NCBI GenBank assembly: GCA_010356995.1 | Contig: ML996688.1 | Location: forward strand, 248,001-312,000 | DNA: 64,000 nt | Origin: Trichodelitschia bisporula | Taxonomy: Eukaryota | Reading direction: 5' to 3' | In this document: piece by piece, positions 13,104 through 25,076 of the stretch | Position numbering within the stretch: the first letter of the stretch is position 1 | How the letters are laid out: the number at the start of each line of letters is the position of its first letter | The notes under the pieces: model-generated | What the model saw: only the letters and a program-made list of their open reading frames with translations | What the model was told of the DNA's origin: nothing | Database searches by the model: none | Translations under genes and position numbers: made by a program

Positions 13104-13235
13104 CCGAGGATGACCTACTGCCGATGCCACCCGCGATGCTGCATCACCTCTAGACGCCTCCCGCTGGTCCAACGGCGCACGTCCAATGACCTACTGACTT
13201 GGAGCCGCATCGAATCCTACCACAACTCCCCTCGG
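13104..13235. promoter_or_regulatory. Two CCTCGG/CCGAGG motifs (FarA/FarB-CTF1-type sites) in the mcsA-mclA bidirectional promoter
   Basis: CCGAGG at 13104-13109 and CCTCGG at 13230-13235. This hexamer is the known FarA/FarB site upstream of fungal fatty-acid catabolic genes. Confidence 0.5.
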
Positions 13236-13491
13236 CGTTCGGGTCCGGCCAAGCGGATGAGCTTAAGCGGCTGTCACTGTTCCTCGAAGCTTACGGCGCA
13301 TGGGTTGGTTGAAGCTCTGAGGCGTCATCGGCTCATCCACCGCCACCCGGCAATGCTGAACAATCTGACCATTGAACTTTTTCTTACCCTCTGAATATAC
13401 CACTCTCCGATCTTCTCCAATTCTTCTCACTTTTGCTCTGTTTCCCTCTCCTCCCCTCTCGCGCTTCATCCTTCCCTCTCCAACCATCACC

Positions 13492-15451
13492 ATGCTCCGG
13501 CCTGTCTTCCGCCAGGCCTGTCGAACATCCCGCCGCATACCGCGCCCCTCCCTCCCCACAACCACCGGCGCTCCCCTCCTCCGCACGCTCGCGACCTCCG
13601 CCCACCGCATGTCGCCCCTCACACCCGTCTCCCCTCCCGTATCCTCCGCCCTCCCCTCCGACTCCTTCCAGCTCCTGTCTACGGCCGACAAAGCCGGCGG
13701 AGCCGAAGATGCCCTCTTCGCCGAACAAGTAAAGCAGGTAGAAGAATGGTGGTCAACGCCGCGCTACAATGGGATCAAACGGCCGTACACCGCCGCCGAC
13801 GTCGTCGCCCGGCGCGGCACATTGCAGCAAACATACCCCTCCTCGCTCATGGCGCGTAAGCTCTTCAACCTGTTCGAAGAGCGCGCCGCGGAGGGCAAGC
13901 CAGTGCACACGAGTATGGGACCCCACTCTCTCTCTGAAGATATTCTTCTAACACGCCACAGTGGGCGCAATCGACCCCATCCAAATGACCCAACAAGCGC
14001 CCAACCAAGAAGTCCTCTACATCTCCGGCTGGGCCTGCAGCTCCGTCCTCACGACCACCAACGAAGTGAGCGCCGACTTCGGCGACTACCCCTACAACAC
14101 CGTGCCCAACCAGGTGCAGCGCCTGTTTAAGGCCCAACAACTGCACGACCGTAAGCAGTGGGATAATAGGCGCAAGATGAGCGCAGATGAGCGGAAGACG
14201 ACGCCGTATATCGACTATCTGCGACCGATTGTCGCGGACGGAGACACCGGGTACGCTTCCCCCCTACCCAGGGCTATGTATCTAGACTGACGTCCCAGCC
14301 ATGGTGGTCTCTCCGCAGTCCTCAAGCTCGCGAAGCTGTTCGCCGAAAACGGCGCCGCGGCCGTGCACTTCGAGGACCAGCTGCACGGGGGCAAGAAATG
14401 CGGGCATCTGGCGGGCAAGGTCCTGGTCCCCACCGGCGACCACATCAACCGGCTCGTCGCGGCCCGCTATCAGTGGGATCTGATGGGGTGCGAGAACCTA
14501 GTCATCGCGCGGACGGACTCCGAGAGCGGTAAGCTGCTCAGCAGCGCCGTGGACGTGCGGGACCACGAATTCATCCTCGGCGTGACGGAGGATGTGGAGC
14601 CCCTGGCCGAGACGCTGCAGCACATGGAGCAGGAGGGTGCGCCGGGGCCGGAGATCGATGCGTATGAGGCGGCGTGGGTGAAGAAGCATAAGCTCGTTAC
14701 GTTTGATGAGGCGGCTGTTGCGCACCTCAAGGCTGAGGGCGCGGTCCAGGGCGCTATTGATGCGTACACGAAGGCGGTTAAGGAGAATCCGAATCTCTCG
14801 CTTCTGCAGCGAAGGAAGTTGGCTAATAAGGACGCGAAGACGGCGGTGTTTTTCTCGTGGGATATTCCCCGGACGAGGGAGGGTTTCTATCATTTCCGGG
14901 CGGGTATGCAGGCGGCTACGAAGCGCGCGAAGGAGTTTGCGCCGTATGCGGACTTGCTCTGGGTTGAGACGGGGGATCCGAGCGTGGAGAAGGCCTCGGT
15001 TTTCGCGCGCGATATTCGCGCCGCGCACCCGGGGAAGAAGCTGGTGTACAACCTTTCGCCGAGCTTCAACTGGATGGCGCACGGGTTTACGGAGTCGACG
15101 CTCAAAAGCTTCGTGTGGGATCTCGCGAAGGAGGGGTTCGTGATGCAGCTCATTTCGCTCGCGGGTGTTCACTCTACGGCCACGATTACGAATGAGTTGA
15201 GCAAGGAGTTTAAGGATAAGGGGATGTTGGCGTATGTGGAGCTTGTGCAGAGACGGGAGAAGGAGCTTGGGTGCGATGTGCTTACGCATCAGAAGTGGAG
15301 TGGTGCTGGGCTGGTGGATGGGATGTTGGGGGCGATTCAGAGTGGGAGCTCTGGGAGTAAGAGTATGGGGGAGGGGAATACGGAGACGAGTAAGTGCGCT
15401 GTTTGGTGATGGAGTGGACGGTAATGCTAATATGTTACCACAGGCTTTTAA
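13492..15451 (+). CDS. mclA: 2-methylisocitrate lyase, mitochondrial (4 exons)
   Basis: Mitochondrial presequence; ICL-family motifs [34 protein letters not shown] (MICL-type KKCGHL), [17 protein letters not shown]. The last intron gives ...ETSF*. Confidence 0.93.
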
Positions 15452-15682
15452 AACTGGACGAGAGATCAAGGAAGCGTCGCGGATTGTAGATATGTAAATC
15501 GTATCATGTTGTTATGAATGCTTTTGGAGCAAGATGATATTCTGATTCTGAAGTTGTCTTTGCCATCGCATCTTAGCCGGACATACCTTTGCCTTCCTTC
15601 TGGATCTGGATGGACCTTTTGGACCCTCTTTACCCGGAGACGGAATCGCCGGCTGAACACGACTACCAGCCGAATTCCGTCC

Positions 15683-16270
15683 GTCTGTAACTCCACCATC
15701 TAGGCTTTACAACCCTTATGAACTCTCTTCCCTAAATCTCCAGGTGCTCTTCTATCTAACCTACCACTTCTTTCTCCTATTGGAGGTGGAAGGTTGGTCA
15801 CGCCTTCTTTACTCGAAAAGTATACGGGAGATGCTAGCCGCACACCCCCTTCTCGTCCCAGCCTCGTTCGGAATACAAGCTCCAATCTCTCGGGTCTGCA
15901 ACTCCACCACTCCGGCTTTACGAATCTCGTAAACCGTCCTCCCTGAGTCATCAGATGCTCCTCCAGCTAACCCACCACTGCTTCATCCGAACGGAGGTGG
16001 AAGGTTAGTCACGCCTCCGTTACTCGAAAATGTGGGGGAGATGCTAGCCGCACACCCCTTCTCGTCCCAACCTCTGTCGAAATGTAAGCTCCAAGTTCTT
16101 AGGTCCGTAACTCCACCATGCCAGTTTTACAAATTCTAAAAACCGTCTTCCCTAAGTCTACAGATACTCCTCTACCTAACCCACCCTTTTTTTGTTCTAC
16201 CGGAGATAGAAAGTTGATCACTCCTCCACTACTCAAAAAATATGGAGGGAAGTCCTAGTCGCACACCCCC
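15683..16270. repeat. Degenerate tandem repeat, ~210-bp unit x ~2.8
   Basis: atgctagccgcacacccc at 15831 and 16041, variant near 16252; gt[a/c]actccacca near 15687, 15898, 16107. Confidence 0.9.
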
Positions 16271-16984
16271 ACCTCACCGCAGGCTCACCAGTAGCATGCA
16301 GACAAGACCCATTATCTCCTAGAAACCATGACAATACATTCCCATCCCGCCGTCAAACCACCGCCGTAAAACCCATCCAACCCGCCCCACGACCGGCAAG
16401 GCTGAAGCGCCACCACCGCCACGACGCCACATACTGAACCTCGACCTCGACCTCGACCCATCATCAAGCAAACCCTAATGACGTCCTCTTCATCATCTAC
16501 ACCCGGCACACCAGCAGCCGTGGTCAGCGGCATCGCGTCTCTATCCAGCTCCACCCACTAACCCCCTCCTCCGCCGAAAATAGCCCCTCAAACCCCGGCC
16601 CGTTACGCATATATTAACCCCCATCGCTTCGCGCCGCGCCGGTATCCGCAAGCCGCCCAGCGGCCAACCTTCCCACCAACCAAGACGCCGTGGCCTTCGC
16701 CGGCGGATCCGCAGCCCTCCCCGCTTAATATCACGCATCATATCACGCGCACGGATAACACAAACCGAACAGTGGCAAGTAAATTGCAGCCGCGGGGGCG
16801 CGTAGATACATCGTCTAATATAGGTACATGCACACGCGCTCCCCTGCGCGTGGATCGATCGGCCGCCAGCGGAGGCAGGCCCGATGCGGAAGGTGTGGAT
16901 GTGGTATCGGAGCCAGTCCGAAATGTGAGCGAGTGATGCCGCCTCCTATTCCTCCTCCAACTCTCATCCTCCCCTGTCTACCCC

Positions 16985-17695
16985 CTAAAAGCCGTTCTTC
17001 TCGTCGATGTGCTTGTACCGCTCCTGCTCGTAGCGGTACTTGAGCACCATGACGTTGCAGAGGAGGAGGAGGACGTCGACGCCGACGATGCCGAATGCGG
17101 CGGTGAAGATGAGGTCGAGGTAGTTGTTTGCGAAGGCGGAGAAGGGGCCGACGCACCCGCCTTTCATGGCGGCGACGCTGGCGGAGGGGCAGGTGGTGTC
17201 GCGGATGAAGGGGGGGGAGGTGGAGTCGAGGTAGCCGCAGCAGTTGAACTAGGCCGTTAGTCGGGTATAAGAGAGGTGGGGAGAGAGTGAGCTTACCCGT
17301 TGCTGCAAGAGCGACTGGACCTCCGCGCCCTGGCGGCCCCACACGCCGTTCAAGTTGGACCGGGTCTGGAGTGTGTCGAACCAGACGAACAGGCCCAGGG
17401 AAAGCGTGAAGACGGAGCACAGCACCACGAGCCAGCCCTGCAGTTTGAGCCAGCCGCGGTTCATGGGCAGCGCGAGGGCAGGGAGGGAAACGAGGAAGGT
17501 GGCGAACATGAAGATTGCGTTGACGATGGCGCCGGTGAGTGGGCATTGCCTGAGGAGGATTTCGAAGGCGATGTTTGAGATGGTGGGGGGTGCGCGCTCG
17601 GCGGCTTCGGAGAGGATGGCGAAGCCGATGAGCAGGCCGGCGCAGGAGAGGAAGAGGAAGGAGATGAGGAGGTAGGTGAGCATGAGTTTGTTCAT
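16985..17695 (-). CDS. PLS1: Fungal tetraspanin Pls1
   Basis: Four hydrophobic helices; EC2 loop LQQR|LNCCGY...TCPS...GCVGPF; C-terminal ERYKHIDEK; intron ~17250-17297. Confidence 0.92.
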
Positions 17696-19789
17696 TTTGG
17701 CGGTTGGGAGGGGGGGATGGTCTATGTGATAGTGGTGAGGGTGTCGTGATGGTGGTGATAGTGGCGTCGTAGTGTTGATGTCGATCTACGAACCGCGATG
17801 CCGCCTTACGGATCGTTGAAAAGAGCGTGAAGCCGGTTCACGATGGTGAAGTCGCTTCGCGATGGTGAAGTCGTATGGACAGAAGACGGATATCGTCGCC
17901 GAAGAGAATCGCCCAGCGTCTCTTTCGTATATACCGGTGGCTCAGAATTCGTGAAAGCGCAGGCACAGCAGCAGCAAAAGAGCGAAAGAATTTGACCAGC
18001 AAAGAAGAACACACCAACACACAATCAACCACGCATCAATCGCAGCCGTGTACACCAAGAGAAAGTCGTGACAAAACTCGTCCCTCAGCTTCCAACAACA
18101 GGCGGCCATCCGCCGTGTTTTAGCAGTCGACGCAAAAAGCAACCCGCTCAAACTCCACCTCTCCTGTCCTGTACACCAAAGAGACACCAGCGACACGCCC
18201 TGAACGGCCCGTCAGCCTTCTCCCCACCTGTTTCACCCCCGTCTTAGATGCATCTCGCCCATCCACTCGTTGGCTTCCCGAGATGAGCACTCCCGCGCCG
18301 CGCCCGCCACCCGTCATGCAGGAACCAGCGCCGGACGCCGGCCCAGGAACCAGCCCAGCCAACAGAACGACCGCGCCACAGGGCGGCTCAGCTCAACGTT
18401 CGGGCTCAGCCGTACAACGGGCTGTGGCGGCGAGCCCGGCGAGGCTCCAACACTTCAACAACACCTTCTAAAGCCTTCCAACACCGCTGTTAATCATAGG
18501 CATTCTCGCTCTGTCTTCTTTTCTTGTTGGAGAAGGAGAGCAGCGAGACTCCCCTCCCTCTCACCGCAATGTCGCACCCTCAAACCCCCATCCCCTCACG
18601 TCCCGCCTTCACGGCGGACTCTCGAAACGGGGCCGCCGGACGAGGCGCGGCGCCACACGCCAGGGCGCCAATCAGAGCGCGCAGCGGGGGATATGCTGGC
18701 CCGCCTATCGGCGCGGGCGGGGGAGAACGTACCACTGCAATTGCGCAAAAGCTGAGTAAGGAGAGAGAGCGAGAGGCGTGCATGCAGTGAATAGCTTGCT
18801 GCTAATGTAGAGTGATTCTTAGGGTTAAAAGAGAGAAGGAGGAGAATTTTACTTGTTGGATTTGTTGAGAAGAGGATTTCTACGTTCTGGTGATCGGCAG
18901 CTTGCTTGAGGGGACCCGCGACGCGTGTGCAACTGTGTAGCCGCTTGTTTCGCGGCCGAAGCGCTGCGCTGCGCGTCGCGTTTTACAAAGGCTGTTGTAC
19001 GCTCTGCGCTCTCCTGCGCTACGCGCGCACGACAATGAGGTTGCGGATGTGGGGCAACAGCGATGAACACGAGCAGAGTGGGTTGAAGAAGCGGAGGGTA
19101 CGTACTCTTTTGGCCAAATTGATGCAGCTTGCTTACCCCCCACGCCCCCGTGATAGGGGGGCTGGGCGGTAGTGTCAAACTCGTCAGCTTTTGGAGGATG
19201 GGATTGTGGCCGCATGCCATTCATGAGAACTGGATGGCTACAGTAAGAGATGCAGTAAGGGTTATTCTGGGCTTCTGCCAGCCCATTCGGCAGCTGTGGT
19301 GGAATGCCGCCGGCGGCTCAGCGATAGATCGGAAAGATGTATCAATGAATTAGTTTCCCATGAGTGACGTCACATGTATCATTCGAAGCGCTGGCGCGCG
19401 ACAGCCACGCTCTGTCCACCCACTCATTCTCATCGACATCACCTTGGTTCAAGGTGTAAAACGTACCGATTTAATAACCCTCTTCGCAAGGCTTACGCGA
19501 TGTCAAATCGATATATAGATCAGGTCGGCTCGTGCCGACTCTCATGTGCTCGTAACGGTCTCCATGGACCCGACTTCGGACATATTCCATGACGCCCTTC
19601 CCAAGGGTCTACAGTACCGCGTGAAAGACACGTACGTTGCTTACAATGTGCAAAGCACGCATCTGATACTGGTCCAGAACCCCACCTAGCCCGATGGGTT
19701 CATCTTGGTGGTGGCGACTAAGTTGAAGTCTACCGCATGTAAAGACCACGCACGACGTTGAGCTTACGAATCCGTCCTAGCTCCGAACC

Positions 19790-20730
19790 CTAGCCCAACC
19801 AGATATGGTAATCTTGGAGACGACCACTAAGTTGCAGAATGCGGTCATCCTGATGTTTAAAGGCAGCAGTCGCTCGGAAGTCGATGGTAAAGGCGCATGA
19901 GAGCTCGCGAGCGGGGCGCGTTACGTGGTCAGAAACTGTCCATGATTTCCTGGAAATGAGCGGTAGACCGAGAATCCCAAGTGCTGTCGGGATGGTTGAT
20001 AGAAGAAAATGATCGTCAATAGTATCGACGACCTCCCGAAAGTGGTGTGGAACAATGCAGGGTCGCGAACACGCCATCTGTCCAACATTATCAAGGTTGA
20101 CACTTCGCTATGCAAGACCATTCAGGTACCAACCAACATGAACCCCATTACCGGTCACACATAAGGCTGATGGTTCAAAGACCGGTACTGGTACGAACCC
20201 GTCTCCCCGGCTGACTGTAAGCGGATTTTTTTGTGTTGCACGGTTGAGCTCGAACCGTGCGGATGGCTCCAATTTACCAGATACCGCTTTTCTGCTCACG
20301 AAATGGCCTATACTTGGGTCGGAAAATCGAAGGTGGTGACAGCAGTGTCGTATTTCAGCGACTTGACTGGAGCAACAGGTCAAAAGCTGCTTGCTCGACG
20401 CTGGAGGTCAGAGCAAGGCTTAGCGATCAGCTCAGCAGCGAACTCCACCTGCCTTATTGGTGTTGGTACCCAATATCGGATAACCCCATGTCCCGGATCG
20501 TAGGTTCCTGATAAGACGGATGGCCGATGATGGCACTTCGATCGTGGATCCATGGTTAGATGAGGTAGGGGCACAGGAACGGCAGAGAGGGTGGGGATCG
20601 CTGCGGAGCGCGTTGGATGTTCACAGGGCAGCGGCACCTTCAAGTAGGCGATCCGGTGGATTATGGACGCCGTAGCCTTGATCTGAAAAGGGTTAAAAAG
20701 GTTAGTGTCCACCTTGGAACACGAACTCAT
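19790..20730 (-). mobile_element. Possible highly decayed Ty3/Gypsy integrase fragments
   Basis: KVDTNLFNPFQIK...IAYLKVPLP resembles the GPF/Y motif; TVSDH...ELSCAFTIDFRATAAFKHQDDR resembles the rve core. Both are weak and their order is non-canonical. Confidence 0.3.
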
Positions 20731-21314
20731 CCTGTCGTTGTATTACTGAAGTTGGACATTCTCTTCCAAGTCTTGCCCTATACCTTCGGCCTGAAGTTGT
20801 TCCGACCCGGACAGTGTCCCTTCAGCATCGGGAGATCGCCACGATCCCATCTCTCCTCCCGAGCAAGCTCCCTTCGTCGGCACACAATCTCGAGGCACGG
20901 CTCTTTGATAGATTCAGTCAGTACGACGCTGGCGGGAGCTCGATTCGGTGCGTCTTCCACAAAGAGATTCCGACCTCACTTTTAGGACGCGGGGAGAGGC
21001 TCTTCCTGGCCAATGACGGAGCTCCTAAGGCCACTGTGAGGTACGCTATGGCCTGGGGCAGCAGGGACCGCATTATGGCCCTGCGCCCTTGCCCCTCCTT
21101 CCGTTCAGGGAGAAATACCGCCCCGGCCCCCGATCGCCCCTTCCCCTCTCACATCCGCCCCCCGTTCCACCCTCTGCTTTTCCGCTTTGCCTCTCTGAGA
21201 CTGAAGCGCCTTCCCCAGCACAGCACAGCGCAGACCCTCCGCATCGACTCCCCACCTGACAGCTACCAGACGCTTGATACAGTGCTGTCCCATCGAGAGG
21301 TGTCGAGCAAGCAG

Positions 21315-21344
21315 CTGCAACTGCAACTGCAACTGCAACTGCAA
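21315..21344. repeat. (CTGCAA)5 microsatellite
   Basis: Five perfect CTGCAA units. Confidence 0.9.
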
Positions 21345-22989
21345 AGCGACGTAAGTTACCGCGAGAAAGGTACATACCTGCTTCTATTCACTTCATCAAT
21401 CGATCCGCAGGCACTCAGCCGAACTGCCTTTCCACGTCTAATCTACCGCCTTATTTTGCCGCGCCGGCCACCTTCCCCCATAAACGCTGCAGACCTGTTA
21501 CCGGATGCGAAAGCATGTCGCGCATGTTCGTTCGGTCCGATGATGGGACGAAGCCGAATGCCTCCTTTCGAGAAATGCGAGAGAGAAACGGCATTCGAAG
21601 GTTGCACAGGAGGAACCGATCGAGAAGTGGATTTGCGGGAAGGGCGAATGCAGGCTTGAGACGCGGGGCCCAGCAGCGGGGTGCAAAGCTTGTTCCTCCG
21701 CTCTGAAGGGACCTTTGATTTTGAAGTCTTGACTCGCTAACCGGGCATTTCCCTTTTTGCATTTCCCTGACCGAATTGGGCCGACCATTGGATCGAGCTT
21801 TGCGGAATGCTCAGACATTTGGACCACTTTGCATGGTCGTCCTCCACTCTCCACTCCTCTCCTCTCCTCCCGTCTGCTCCGCTCCCGTTTCCTCTCCGCT
21901 CTCATCCCCTGTTATCGCTTACATTCCACCCTCCCTCTCTTCGGAGGAAAGAGCAAGACGAGCATCTCCACATCATGGAACTCCAGTCTCCGCCCTCAAA
22001 GTCTCTCTCTCTCTTCCTCCTTGCTTCCTTCCCCATTTTCGTCCCTACCGCAATCCACAATTACTAATTCCCCCTCATCCTGTCCCATCTCCACCAAACC
22101 CCCCACCCCTCCCCCCCTTCCTTAGTTCCTTCCGTCTCTTCCTTTGCTGCCAAAAAATGCACCCCTGCACCCTGTTGCCTCAGGCTGTCAATTATTACCT
22201 TTTTGCCCTCGCGTTGCCTCGCCTCGTCTCGCGTCTTTCTGTCCTCGTCTCCTCTTTTTCACTTCTTCTCACTATTCACCTCCTACCTTGTGTCTTCTCC
22301 CACTTTTGCCCTCCTACTCCCCACCCCCCCATCTCCCACCCCGCCACAAACACAGACTGGCCCCGTCGGCCCTTTCCCTTGGCCGAGTCTTTTGCAGGGC
22401 AGGCAAAAGCGCCAAGTCAGGTTCGACCCACGGCCCTTAATACCCACGCACCATTCCTGAAGAGTGCAGCCCAATCCTCTTTTCGTTCTTGTCACTTTGC
22501 CGGATTCTCTCAAATCCACTCTCTTTTAGGCTACTCCGTGCTTCTTCCACTCAACTTCCACTCCACCCTCCCCCCAAACGACTTTCCACTCCGCTCCGCT
22601 GCTGCACTTGAAAAGCTCTCAGCTGCAGATCAGTACGTCTCGCATATTATTCCCCGCTCCGCCCCTCATCATTCTTTCCACCCCCACTACCTTAGTTTTG
22701 TTCGCCTCAAAATGTGTTCCGCCCAGCGGGCCGCACATCTCTGCGCCTTTCATCCACCCCCAGTCCGCGCCAACCCCCCNNNNNNNNNNNNNNNNNNNNN
22801 NNNNNNNNNNNNNCGTGCCCACTGCCCAGTCCCCCACCCCCCAGTTTAAGCCCTTTGCTTTCCTCCGAACCCGCCTGCCCTCCTCCAAAAGGGAAATCCC
22901 CACACAAGCGCTTGCGACCGCAAACAGTTACCCTCAAACAAAATACCTAATCCGTCCAATAGTCTTGACAACCAACCATTTTCTCTACA

Positions 22990-23886
22990 ATGGCCAGTGA
23001 AATCACCGACCACGACCAAAACCCTTCGCCCGGTCACGACGACGGTGCCTCTAACAATGGCACCATCGGCGGCGACATCAATCGCGGCATCAAGCGTCAG
23101 CGCCCAAGCGCTCTAGATGATGATGACGATGATGAAGACAAGCCTGGCAACAACCGTGAGCGTCGCAAGATCGAGATCAAATTCATCCAAGATAAATCTC
23201 GTCGACATATCACGTTCTCCAAGCGCAAGGCCGGCATTATGAAGAAGGTGAGCCACCCCACTCGGCGTGCACTCGCCCAAACTGTGCCTGCCCGCGGTGT
23301 GAAAACGCAGTATGTCGCATCGCGTCACACCGCAGCTATCGCGCGCGCAGCGCTCCCTTCTTGCCTTTTCGTACCTAACATCGACGTCGCACTAGGCTTA
23401 TGAGCTCTCCGTTCTTACGGGTACGCAAGTTCTTCTCCTCGTCGTGTCCGAAACGGGCCTGGTCTACACTTTCACGACGCCAAAGTTGCAGCCTTTGGTT
23501 ACCAAGCCGGAAGGCAAGAACCTAATCCAGGTATGTACTATCACTGACAGTCATATGCCCTATTTCTCCCGGCGCATTGCTAATCAGTGCCGTAGGCTTG
23601 CCTCAACGCGCCTGAACCTGCTACTGGCAATGAGGGGGAACTCGGTGCCGAGCCTACTGTGGACTCACCTGATGAAAGCGCTCATGTGCAGATGGCCGGC
23701 CGCCCCGCTAACATGCAGCCCGCCAACGCCGCCATGAATGCCCAGTACATGTCCCCGGAGCAAGCGCTGCAATATCAGAACTATCTCCAGCATCAGCAAC
23801 AACAACAAGCCGCTCAGGCAAACACATACCCGATTCCAACCCAAGCAAGAATGGCCACTCACCAGGCGCACCCAGCGCATCAGTAG
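22990..23886 (+). CDS. MCM1: MADS-box (SRF-type) transcription factor Mcm1 (3 exons)
   Basis: RERRKIEIKFIQDKSRRHITFSKRKAGIMKK|AYELSVLTGTQVLLLVVSETGLVYTFTTPKLQPLVTKPEGKNLIQ|ACLNAP; Q-rich tail. Confidence 0.97.
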
Positions 23887-25076
23887 TCGCCGTTTTTGTT
23901 GCTTGTCTTTGTGCTTCACCAGGTTCGGATCTCGGAGGCGTGTTACCACAATAGGATACCCATCACCCCAACAACCAACATTAATGCGGTCGCGGCTCGG
24001 ACGGGGTGTCGGGCGCACTATCGTCACTGAGCTATTCCGCCATGCTTTTAGTCGGTTTTCATTGTGGGATGGAGGAATGGCTTTCGGGATGATGGGAATG
24101 GTGTCCAAAGGAGTCTGCTCGGGTTATGGGAACGGTGCTTACTGTTTGCGTGTCGTTTCTCCCCTTCACGCTGATTCGTTGGTAGTCCTGTTCTGCGGGT
24201 ACAGTCAGTACCTGGCTGGGACTCGGTTTGACATGATATTGTGGTCTTTTTCGGGACTGTTCATCAGCTAGAAGGAGCATCACAAGAAATTCAAAATTGT
24301 GAGAAGATGGCTGTTCGAGCGGTGATGCGGCGAGTTTTGAGCGCGTGGTCGTTGATTTTGTGGGCAAACAGACGGGACAGTTCAGCTCAACGCCAAAGCC
24401 TGCACTTGCTTCCGGCGTGCGCACCGCAAACCGGGGGAGCTTTGAGCTTTCGGCACTGGTCGGTGGGATCCCACGGGCGGAACTGATTTGCTGGGTTTCT
24501 TGTTCATCTGTTCCTAGGGGCACGAGCTTGACGACAGGGACCTTGCATCGTACCTGGACATCATCAATAATCATTGCTCTACAGTTCTCAGCGATTTCAC
24601 TCGATTCAGTCCAAAGTAGGACACGGAATTCAGGATGCGAGATACCAAGGTTCCACCGCATCGAGCTTGTATCATGTCTTGTGGCTGACCGACCCTGCAG
24701 GGAACCACATTTGAACCTTCTAGAATTCATGTTCTGCGGTTGTGGCAGGATATCACCATCTGATACACATTTGCTTGCATGTTCGACATGCCGTACCGCG
24801 AGTCCGATATGTTATTCGCTCCAGCGACGCAGTGCACACGCAAACCGGTCAAAGATGCGAAGGATGACATCCTCACGCGCCTTCCTCTGGTTGGCAACAC
24901 CTTCCGAGAATGGGCGCTAATATCGTCACGCCGTCGGGTACGACCTGACAGTATTGGAGACACAATCGTCATCTACTCAACATGCTCACGGCCTCACATC
25001 GCCATCCTTACAATGGGACGCAGAAAAACCCCCTCTCCCGCCATCCCCCTCCAAACCCGCCCTCACCTCCCCAACC

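Noticed and set aside
20814..22849. Long ORFs 20814-21659 (281 aa) and 21776-22849 (357 aa) upstream of MCM1
   Set aside because: Non-ATG starts, low-complexity pyrimidine-rich translations and no motifs; most likely chance ORFs in the promoter/UTR.
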